Positions 17,524-25,134 of a DNA stretch of 55,105 nucleotides are shown here, piece by piece (within the stretch, counting starts at the first letter, position 1; each line of letters opens with the position of its first letter). The DNA comes from Candidatus Calditenuaceae archaeon JGI OTU-1 (GTDB taxonomy: Archaea; Thermoproteota; Nitrososphaeria_A; Caldarchaeales; Calditenuaceae). The DNA lies in assembly GCA_000494145.1 (NCBI GenBank), contig AWOE01000005.1, positions 1,582 to 56,686 of the forward strand. Direction: 5' to 3'. A program made the position numbers and the translations under genes. The notes below the pieces were generated by a model. It did no database searches. It was not told where the DNA came from and saw only the letters and a program-made list of their open reading frames with translations.

Positions 17524-18494
17524 CCGTCCTGACGTTCGCGAAGGCGATCAACGAGGCGCTGAGGTACGAGATGCGCCGTGACGAGCGGGTCGTGGTTCTG
17601 GGGGAGGACGTGGGCGTGAACGGAGGCGTCTTCAGGTGCACGGAGGGCCTCCTCGTCGAGTTCGGTCCGATGAGGGTGATGGACACGCCCCTCTCAGAGT
17701 CGGCGATAATCGGAGTGGCGCTCGGCCTCGCCGCCAACGGCATGAGGCCGGTCGCGGAGATCCAGTTCTCGGACTTCATCTTCGGTGGGTTCGAGCAACT
17801 GGTCTCGAACGTCGCCAAGTTCAGGTACAGGAACGCGGGGCACTTCACAGCTCCGCTCGTCGTCAGGGCTCCGGTAGGTGGAGGTGTGAGGGGAGGGATG
17901 TATCACTCGCAGAGCCCCGAGTCCTACTTCACCAACACCGCAGGTCTCAAGGTGGTGGTGCCCTCCACCCCCTCCGACGCGAAGGGCTTGCTGATCTCCG
18001 CGATAAGGGACGACGACCCCGTCATCTTCTTAGAGCCCAAGCGCCTCTACCACTCCCTCAAGGAGGACGTCCCCGACGGCGAGTACACCGTGCCCATCGG
18101 GAAGGCGAGGTTGGTCAGGGAGGGCGAAGACGTGACGGTCATCACCTACGGCGCCACCGTCTACGACGCCCTGGCCGCCGCCGAGGAGGTGGAGAAGGAG
18201 GGGATCTCGGTGGAGGTCATCGACCTGAGGAGCCTGATCCCCTACGACTGGGAGGCGATCTCGAGGTCCGTCAGGAAGACCGGCAGGCCTGTGATAGTCC
18301 ACGAGGCCCAGAAGACGTCGGGGTTCGGGGCGGAGATCGCCGCAACCATCGCGGAGAGGGAGATCTACAGCCTCGAGGCGCCCGTGATCAGGGTCACCGG
18401 TTACGACACGCCGTACCCGCTGGTCCACGAGCACCTCTATCTCCCCAACAAGGACAGGATAGTCAACGCGATACGGAGATCGGCTGCCCACTGA
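17520..18494 (+). CDS. 2-oxoacid dehydrogenase E1 component beta subunit
   Basis: 324 aa. [18 protein letters not shown] ... [12 protein letters not shown] ... AEIQFSDF ... ATGA overlap with the alpha subunit. Confidence 0.88.
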   Translation: MTVLTFAKAINEALRYEMRRDERVVVLGEDVGVNGGVFRCTEGLLVEFGPMRVMDTPLSESAIIGVALGLAANGMRPVAEIQFSDFIFGGFEQLVSNVAKFRYRNAGHFTAPLVVRAPVGGGVRGGMYHSQSPESYFTNTAGLKVVVPSTPSDAKGLLISAIRDDDPVIFLEPKRLYHSLKEDVPDGEYTVPIGKARLVREGEDVTVITYGATVYDALAAAEEVEKEGISVEVIDLRSLIPYDWEAISRSVRKTGRPVIVHEAQKTSGFGAEIAATIAEREIYSLEAPVIRVTGYDTPYPLVHEHLYLPNKDRIVNAIRRSAAH

Positions 18495-18513
18495 TATCAG
18501 GGGTCTGAGGGAC

Positions 18514-19683
18514 ATGCGGATACCGATGCACGAGACCCTGAACGAGGAGGAAGCCCTCCTCCTCAAGACCGCGAGGTCCGTCTCGAAATCTTTCGGCAGG
18601 TCCTACTGGCTCGAGAAGTGGGAGAAGAAGGAGCCGCCCGACGAGCTTTGGGAAGAGATGCGGAGGCAGGGCCTAACGGGTGTAGGCGTTCCGGAGAAGT
18701 ACGGAGGATCCGGGTTCGGGCTGATGGGTGCGGTGCTGACGCAGGAGGCGCTGGCGCTCGAGGGCCTTCCCGTGCTCCAGTTCCTCGTCACCCACTTCAG
18801 CAGGCACATCGTCCTTTCCTCCGGAACCGAGGAGCAGATAAGGAGGTTCGTCACGCCCACCTGCACCGATGGGAAGAGGATGAGCTTCGCGCTGACCGAA
18901 CCGGAGGCCGGCTCCAACACCTGGAGGATCTCGACGCTGGCGAAGAAGGAAAACGACGGTTACGTGATCACGGGCCAGAAGGTCTTCATCAGCGGAGCAA
19001 AAGAGTCGGACCTCATGCTGCTGGTGGCCCGGACCAAGCGCTACGAGGAGGTCGGAGACAAAAGATACGGGATATCCCTCTTCGTCCTCGAGACCTCCGA
19101 CCCCAACATCAAGATGGAGCGGCTCGACATCGACATGAGGGGCCCCGAGTGGCAGTACGCGGTCTACTTCGACTCCGTTCGTGTCCCAGCGGAGAACCTG
19201 ATCGGCAGGGAGGGTGAGGGGTACAAGGCCCTCTTCGAGGGACTGAACGTCGAGAGGTTGCTGATAGCATCGATCGCCGTCGGCCTCGGCGACTTCGCCC
19301 TGAGCAGGGCCGTCGATTACGCCAAGAGCAGGAAGGTCTTCGACGTCCCCATAGGTTCGCATCAGGGACTGCAGTTCCCCATGGCGAAAGCAGCAGCGCA
19401 CCTTGAGGCCGCCCGATCGGTCATCTACAACGCCGCCAGGTTGCACGACCAGTCCGGCAGGGGCCTCGAGCTGGCCAACATGGCGAAGCTCCTCGGTTCA
19501 GAGGCCGGACTTGAGGCGCTCGACGTCGCGATGCAGACCTTCGGCGGCTACGCCTTCGAGCTGGGGACAGACCTCATCAACCTCTACCCGATCCTGAGGC
19601 TCTTCAAGACGGCGCCGGTGACGAACGAGCTGGTGATGAGCTACATCGGAACCCACGTCCTCGGACTGCCCAAGTCCTACTGA
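18514..19683 (+). CDS. acyl-CoA dehydrogenase
   Basis: 389 aa. GVPEKYGGSG, FALTEPEAGSN, KVFISGA, and a C-terminal four-helix domain GGYAFE. Confidence 0.85.
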   Translation: MRIPMHETLNEEEALLLKTARSVSKSFGRSYWLEKWEKKEPPDELWEEMRRQGLTGVGVPEKYGGSGFGLMGAVLTQEALALEGLPVLQFLVTHFSRHIVLSSGTEEQIRRFVTPTCTDGKRMSFALTEPEAGSNTWRISTLAKKENDGYVITGQKVFISGAKESDLMLLVARTKRYEEVGDKRYGISLFVLETSDPNIKMERLDIDMRGPEWQYAVYFDSVRVPAENLIGREGEGYKALFEGLNVERLLIASIAVGLGDFALSRAVDYAKSRKVFDVPIGSHQGLQFPMAKAAAHLEAARSVIYNAARLHDQSGRGLELANMAKLLGSEAGLEALDVAMQTFGGYAFELGTDLINLYPILRLFKTAPVTNELVMSYIGTHVLGLPKSY

Positions 19684-19742
19684 GCGGCTGCTGAAGGTGT
19701 AGAACCCAAATTATATACCGGCTCGTGCATTTCGGTCACGCG

Positions 19743-20900
19743 ATGGGACAAGGCGGCGTCTATGTGCTCGGTGTCGGAGAGATTCCGCCATCGTCTTCTC
19801 TCAGGGACCTCGACTTCAGGGAGATGACATTCGAGGCAGCGGTCCAGGCTTACGCCGACGCGGACATCGATCCCTCCGAGGTCGAGGGGCTCTTCACAGC
19901 GGAGCAGGACTTCGTCGAGGGGATATCGATAGCCGACGAGTACACACCAGATCAGGTGGGGATGAGGTTGAAGTTCAACATGCTCGTCGCCGGCGACTTC
20001 CTCGAGGCCCTCTTCCACGCCTACATGGCCGTCAGGTCCGGGCTTATGGAGGTGGTGGCCGTCGAGTCCCACGCTAGGCCCTCGGAGATCGAGAACTACG
20101 CGGACGTCCTCAGGGCATCCCTCGACCCCCACTGCCTCAGACCGATCCTATCGGATCCGTATGCGATAGCGGGGCTGGACGCCAGAGCCTTCCTCAGCAA
20201 GACGGGGTCCACAACCCACGACCTCTCGCTGGTGGTCGAGAAGAACCTGAGGAACGCCGCGCGATCGGGAGGACCATATGGCGAGGCGCTCTCGGCGGAG
20301 GAAGTCGAGAGGAGCCCCTTCGTCTACGAGCCCCTCAGACGGAGACACGTGGCCCGATTCTCCGATTACGTCGCGGTGGTGGTTCTGGGATCGGAGAGGG
20401 CTGCAAAGGGATCCGACAGGGCGGTGGAGATCGCGTCGATATGGCAGACCGGTGCCACTTCAGGTGCCCACCAGTGGATGAGGAGTTGGGGAGCAATGGA
20501 GTGGGTGAGGGGTGCTTTGGAGAGGGTCGGGCGCGATCTGCATGGCAATCCCGTGAGGTCGTCGGACCTCGTCGAGTTCACCGAGTTCTTCGCACACCAG
20601 GAGCTCCAGTTCCTCTCGGGTTTGCTGGGCTCCGAGGCCGAGGCGCTGCGGATGCTGAGATCGGGCGATCTGGATCTAGGATCGGCGCTGCCCTTCAACC
20701 CCTCAGGCGGGTGCCTGGGCAACGGCAACTCCCTGAACGCCTCGGGCGGAAGGGCCTTCGTCGACGCTGTCAGGCAGCTGAGGGGCGAGGCTGGGAGAGT
20801 GCAGGTGAAGGGCGCGAAGGCCGCCATCGTCGGGTCGCTCCACACGGAGATCTCAGACTCCGGCACGCTGGTATTTCTGAGGACAGGTGATGCGACGTGA
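19743..20900 (+). CDS. thiolase-fold protein, SCP2-thiolase-like, catalytic motifs degenerate (paralog A)
   Basis: About 385 aa. Thiolase-like layout, but VAGDF replaces CxS, TEFF replaces HDCF, and GNGNS replaces GHP. I chose ATG 19743 because the TATA-like TTATATA (19711-19717) lies about 25 nt upstream of it. The ORF-track start is GTG 19725. Confidence 0.7.
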   Translation: MGQGGVYVLGVGEIPPSSSLRDLDFREMTFEAAVQAYADADIDPSEVEGLFTAEQDFVEGISIADEYTPDQVGMRLKFNMLVAGDFLEALFHAYMAVRSGLMEVVAVESHARPSEIENYADVLRASLDPHCLRPILSDPYAIAGLDARAFLSKTGSTTHDLSLVVEKNLRNAARSGGPYGEALSAEEVERSPFVYEPLRRRHVARFSDYVAVVVLGSERAAKGSDRAVEIASIWQTGATSGAHQWMRSWGAMEWVRGALERVGRDLHGNPVRSSDLVEFTEFFAHQELQFLSGLLGSEAEALRMLRSGDLDLGSALPFNPSGGCLGNGNSLNASGGRAFVDAVRQLRGEAGRVQVKGAKAAIVGSLHTEISDSGTLVFLRTGDAT

Positions 20901-22051
20901 GGAGGGTCGCGATAGTGGGTGCCGGCATGACCGACTTCAGGTCGATGCTGCCCCACAGCTCCCCTGAGATGATAAGGGAGGCCGTCAGGAGGTGCCTCGA
21001 CGACGTGGGTTCGCTCTCGATCCGTTACGTGGACGGCGTCCTCTGCGCCTCGGCTCCCGACGCCTTCGACGGATACCACGACAAGGTCTCGATCGCCAAC
21101 GAGGCGGCCTGTGCGATCGGGAAGCCCGTCACGAGGGTCTTCGTGGGAGGGGGAAGCGGGGTCGCGGCTGCCGTCTCGGGATGGTACCACGTCGCCTCCG
21201 GACTCTTCGATACGCTCCTCGTCGTAGCGTGGGAGAAGATGAGCCCTCCGTACCCTCACGCCCAGAAGCTCTTCCAGACGATCTTCGAGCCCGTCGTAGA
21301 GCAGCCGCTCGGGCCGAACCTGATCTGGATATTCGCGCTCGAGATGAGGAGGTACATGGAGGCGCATAACCTGTCGAAGGAGCTCATCGCGGAGGTCGCC
21401 GTGAAGAACAAGGCCAACGCCCTCGACCACCCCCATGCGCAGCTCGGAGCGAGGATCACGGTGGAGGACGTCCTGAAGTCGGAGGTGATGGTCTGGCCGG
21501 TCAACAGGCTGGACATCAGCCCCACATCCGACGGCGCGGTGGCCGTCCTCTTGGCGTCTGAGAACGTGGCGCGGAAGCTCACGGACACACCGGTGTGGAT
21601 CGACGGCGTGGCGACGTGTCTGGACTCGCAGTACTGGACCAACAGGGACCTGGCGTTCCCGTACTACGTCTACCTCGCCGCACAGAAGGCCTACAGGATG
21701 GCGGGGATAACGAACCCGCTTAAGGAGGTCGACGTCTGGGAGCCGTACGACCCGTTCACCTACAAGGAGCTCCACCACCTCGACGGCCTTCTCGGGAAGC
21801 CGGGCTTGGCGCCGAGGTTGCTGAAGGAAGGCCAGCTCCACAGGGACGGGGATCACCCAGCATCGCCCTCCGGTGGTCTTCTCGGCGTAGGGAATCCTAT
21901 CGCCGCTGCAGGGCTGATGAAGGTCGCGGAGCTCTACTGGCAGCTCTCCGAACGGGCGGGGAAGAGGCAGGTGCCCAACGCTTACGTCGGCGTCGCTCAG
22001 GCCTGGGGAGACCTCATGCAGGTCGGGACGGTGGTGGTGTGCAGGAGATGA
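20897..22051 (+). CDS. thiolase-fold protein, SCP2-thiolase-like, catalytic motifs degenerate (paralog B)
   Basis: 384 aa. VAIVGAGMTDF ... PVTRVFVGGGSGVAAAVSGWYHVASG ... WEKM matches the archaeal/SCP2 thiolase scaffold, with Gly at the nucleophile Cys position. YDPF replaces HDCF, and GVGNP replaces GHP. GTGA overlap with paralog A. Confidence 0.75.
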   Translation: MRRVAIVGAGMTDFRSMLPHSSPEMIREAVRRCLDDVGSLSIRYVDGVLCASAPDAFDGYHDKVSIANEAACAIGKPVTRVFVGGGSGVAAAVSGWYHVASGLFDTLLVVAWEKMSPPYPHAQKLFQTIFEPVVEQPLGPNLIWIFALEMRRYMEAHNLSKELIAEVAVKNKANALDHPHAQLGARITVEDVLKSEVMVWPVNRLDISPTSDGAVAVLLASENVARKLTDTPVWIDGVATCLDSQYWTNRDLAFPYYVYLAAQKAYRMAGITNPLKEVDVWEPYDPFTYKELHHLDGLLGKPGLAPRLLKEGQLHRDGDHPASPSGGLLGVGNPIAAAGLMKVAELYWQLSERAGKRQVPNAYVGVAQAWGDLMQVGTVVVCRR

Positions 22052-22698
22052 GCGTGAGGCTAGTTAAGTTCGGTGGCGAGACGCTCGCGGGGCTCGAGGG
22101 CAGGCTGGCTGAGCTCCTCTCGAAAGCTGCAGCCGAGGTCGGCGAGGGGAGGGTAAGCTCGTGGGCTAAGGCCTTGGAGGAGTCGAAGGGGAGGACGGAG
22201 TTCGAGGCGCCGGAGACGCTGGTGGTGACCCCGTACCTCCTCGACTTCAGGTACAGGAGGAGCACGGGGATCGCCCTGACGAGGTTCCTCGAAGGCCTGA
22301 AGGAGGGCAAGTTCTTGGGGACGAGGTGCAGCGGCTGCGGCCGCGTCCTGATACCTCCCAGGACCTTCTGCGAGTGGTGCTTCAGGAGGGTCGACGAGTG
22401 GATCGAGCACAGCGGCGAGGGCGAGGTGGCGACCTACTCCATCGCATACATCGGCACCAACCCGAAGGTGAGGCTCCCGAAGCCCGAGCCGATCGCGGTG
22501 ATCTGGTTCGAGGGGACGAAAGTGGTCAGGCCCAACACCAGGACCGTCGCCCACGCGGCGGGCATACTGCACAGGCTGGGAGAGGTCGAGCCCCAGGAGA
22601 TCATGATAGGGATGAGGGTGAGGCCGGTCTGGAGGCCGGAGGAGGAGAGGGTGGGGAGCATCACCGACGTCCTCTACTTCGCATCGGTCAGGAGGTGA
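22039..22698 (+). CDS. DUF35 protein (Zn-ribbon + OB fold) with ~80-aa N-terminal extension
   Basis: 219 aa. FLEGLKEGKFLGTRCSGCGRVLIPPRTFCEWC (4-Cys ribbon) followed by an OB-fold segment GEGEVATYS ... IGMRV. Alternative starts are ATG 22048 and GTG 22054. Confidence 0.75.
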   Translation: MQEMSVRLVKFGGETLAGLEGRLAELLSKAAAEVGEGRVSSWAKALEESKGRTEFEAPETLVVTPYLLDFRYRRSTGIALTRFLEGLKEGKFLGTRCSGCGRVLIPPRTFCEWCFRRVDEWIEHSGEGEVATYSIAYIGTNPKVRLPKPEPIAVIWFEGTKVVRPNTRTVAHAAGILHRLGEVEPQEIMIGMRVRPVWRPEEERVGSITDVLYFASVRR

Positions 22699-22797
22699 GG
22701 GGAAACGGTCGGCGAGTTCAGGCACTCGATCGAGAACCCCTACGAGTACCCGGCAGGCTTCGCCCTCTCGGTCTTCCTCGAGGGCCTGCGGAAGGGC

Positions 22798-23106
22798 GTG
22801 CTGAAGGGCTCCAGGTGCACCTCTTGCTCGCGGAGCTACATACCGCCCTTCGCTTTCTGCCCGCACTGCGTCGACTCGAAGGTGGAATACGTTGACGTCC
22901 CGGGCGAGGGCAGGGTCGTCACCTGGACGAGGACGAAGGACGGCACGGTCCTCGTGTTCGTGGCCTTTGACGGCCTCGAAGGTGGGATCCTCCACCGTTA
23001 CGTTGCCGGAAGCGATCCGGTTGAGGGCATGAGGGTCAGGCCGAGGTTCAGGGCAGAGCGCGTCGGTTCGATACTCGACATAGAGGGATTCGAGCCTGCA
23101 CGCTAA
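22798..23106 (+). CDS. DUF35 protein, second copy (coordinates run from the first canonical in-frame start; the conserved N-terminal part lies upstream, see findings)
   Basis: 102 aa from GTG 22798. RCTSCSRSYIPPFAFCPHC ribbon plus an OB fold (GEGRVVTWT ... EGMRVRP). The 33 in-frame codons upstream encode the paralogous FALSVFLEGLRKG segment. Confidence 0.65.
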   Translation: MLKGSRCTSCSRSYIPPFAFCPHCVDSKVEYVDVPGEGRVVTWTRTKDGTVLVFVAFDGLEGGILHRYVAGSDPVEGMRVRPRFRAERVGSILDIEGFEPAR

Positions 23107-25109
23107 TCTTTCTCTTTCCGAGCGACCAACTTCTCCCTCAGCTCCCACGCGAACTTCTCGTAGAACTCCAAGACGTCCGCGTTCACGATCGCCTCCCTGT
23201 TGGTCACCGGCCTGCCGTTGAGGATGTTGGAGACCGCTATCTCCACCTTCTTCAGGTTGAAGGTGTACGGGATGTCCGGTGCCTGCACGACGTAGTGCGG
23301 GACGTGCCTCGGCGAGGCCTCCTCCCTCAGGGCCTTCCTGATCCGGTCGATCAGCTCCTCCGTCAGCTCCTGCCCCTCCCTCATCTTCACGAAGAGCACG
23401 ACCTTCGTCTCGCCGTCCACGTCCAGCGATGCCACCAGGCTGTCGGCGACCTCCGGGAACCTCTCGACGACCCTGTAGATCTCGGCGGTTCCGATCCTGA
23501 CACCTGAGACCTTCAGCGTCGCGTCCGACCTCCCGTGTATGACCGCGCTCCTCGTGTCCGAGAAGATGGTGATCCAGTCGCCATGCCTCCAGACGTTCTT
23601 TCCAACCCGGCGGTAAAACTCGAAATAGGTCTCGACGTACTTCCTGTAATCGGGGTCGTTCCAGAAGTAGATGGGCATCGAGGGGGATGGGGCCTCGCAG
23701 ACCAGCTCTCCCTCCCTGTCGTAGACCTCGTTGCCCGATTCGTCATAGGCCTTCACCTTCATCCCGAGGGCCGGCGATTGGAGCTCGCCAGCGTACACGG
23801 GAAGGGTCGGGCTCCCGGCGAGGAAGCAGCCGTTGATGTCGGTCCCTCCGGAGATCGAGTTGAACCAGAGGTCGGACTTGACGTGCTCGTAGACCCACGC
23901 GAAACCGTCGGCCGATAGAGGGGACCCAGTCTGGGATACCTCCCGGAGCTTCCAGAGGTCGAACTCCTTGCCGGGCTCGGCGTTAGCGCCGCGGATGGCA
24001 TAGATGTAGCTGGCGCTGCAACCGAAGACCGTGACGCCTTCCTCCTCCGCTATCCTCCACATCGTCCTCCAGTCGGGGTGGAGCGGGTTGCCGTCGAAGA
24101 GCACGAGCTTCGATCCGACAGCCAGCGAACTTACCATCCAGTTCCACATCATCCAGCTGGGCGAAGTGATGTAGATCAGAGCGTCTTCCCTTTTCAGGTC
24201 GGTGTGCAGGATCAGCTCCTTCAGGTGGTTGACCAGCACGCCCGCGACGCTCTGGACCATGCACTTCGGCTTTCCTGTGGTGCCGGAGGAGAACATGATG
24301 TAGACCGGACTGTTCGACTCGACCTGCTCGAACCTGACGCTCTCCGCCTGTCCCCTTCCGGAGAGGACCTCCGACGCGCTGACGGCCTTCGGTATCTCAG
24401 AGACATCGGCCCTCTCTCTGAACCGCTCGATGACCAGGACGCTTCTCAACGAAGGGATAGAGCCAGCTATCTTAGCCACGTTGGTCCTCAGGTCGTTGAC
24501 CCTCCCTTTGTAGGCGGATTGGTCCACTGTGATCAGGACCTTCGGCTCGAGCTGACCCAACCTGTCGACCACGGCCGTCGGCCCGAGCTCGGTCCCAGTT
24601 GACGACCAGGCGGCACCGAGGCTGGTGGCTGCCAGCATCGCGAAGACGGTCTCCGGGATGTTGGGCATGTAGGAGACGACCCTGTCACCGGGGCCCACCC
24701 CCAGCTCCTTCAGGTACTCCCTGAACCGGGCCACCTCGAGGTGGAGGTCCCGGTAGGTGTACTCCCTCCTGTCGCCGAGCTCGTCCCTGAAGACGATCGC
24801 AGTCCGCTCGTCGCTGTACCTCATCAGGTTCTCAGCGAAGTTCAGGCGCGCTCCTACGAACCACCTAGCACCCGGGAACCTACCGAGGTCGTCGACGACC
24901 TGCTCGTATCCGACCGATGACACCACGTTCGCGAACTCCCAGATGTCGCTCCAAAATGCGGGGATGTCCGAGACCGACCAGTCGTAGAGGTCGAAATAAC
25001 CCGAGAACTCGATCCCTCTCTTCTCTGAGACGAACTCGATGAACCTCATTATGTTGGCGTTCTCCACGTCGTCCTCGCTGGGCGACCAGAGAAGCCTGTG
25101 CTTGGACAT
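23103..25109 (-). CDS. acetoacetyl-CoA synthetase family (AMP-forming)
   Basis: 668 aa. N-terminus LLWSPSEDDVENANIMRFIEFV ... YFDLYDWSVSDIPAFWSDIW is typical of AacS. P-loop FSSGTTGKPK, and later WHGDW, GRSD, LKVSG. Confidence 0.8.
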   Translation of the reverse strand: MSKHRLLWSPSEDDVENANIMRFIEFVSEKRGIEFSGYFDLYDWSVSDIPAFWSDIWEFANVVSSVGYEQVVDDLGRFPGARWFVGARLNFAENLMRYSDERTAIVFRDELGDRREYTYRDLHLEVARFREYLKELGVGPGDRVVSYMPNIPETVFAMLAATSLGAAWSSTGTELGPTAVVDRLGQLEPKVLITVDQSAYKGRVNDLRTNVAKIAGSIPSLRSVLVIERFRERADVSEIPKAVSASEVLSGRGQAESVRFEQVESNSPVYIMFSSGTTGKPKCMVQSVAGVLVNHLKELILHTDLKREDALIYITSPSWMMWNWMVSSLAVGSKLVLFDGNPLHPDWRTMWRIAEEEGVTVFGCSASYIYAIRGANAEPGKEFDLWKLREVSQTGSPLSADGFAWVYEHVKSDLWFNSISGGTDINGCFLAGSPTLPVYAGELQSPALGMKVKAYDESGNEVYDREGELVCEAPSPSMPIYFWNDPDYRKYVETYFEFYRRVGKNVWRHGDWITIFSDTRSAVIHGRSDATLKVSGVRIGTAEIYRVVERFPEVADSLVASLDVDGETKVVLFVKMREGQELTEELIDRIRKALREEASPRHVPHYVVQAPDIPYTFNLKKVEIAVSNILNGRPVTNREAIVNADVLEFYEKFAWELREKLVARKEKD

Positions 25110-25134
25110 CCGCTTTCTCTAATCCCTGAAAGGA

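Noticed and set aside
1958-22698. Idea that TGA is a general sense codon (or selenocysteine) in this organism, prompted by in-frame TGAs at 1958, 2242 and 22696
   Set aside because: At least ten genes in the window terminate at TGA with C-termini of normal length, many in ATGA/GTGA overlaps. The three TGAs do not fall at conserved Cys/Sec positions, and no SECIS-like element was evident. Local readthrough remains only an alternative in the specific findings.
20366-23148. Two long minus-strand ORFs (496 aa and 362 aa)
   Set aside because: They are antisense to the thiolase-like and DUF35 genes. They have a biased Arg/Pro/Asp composition and no recognisable domains.
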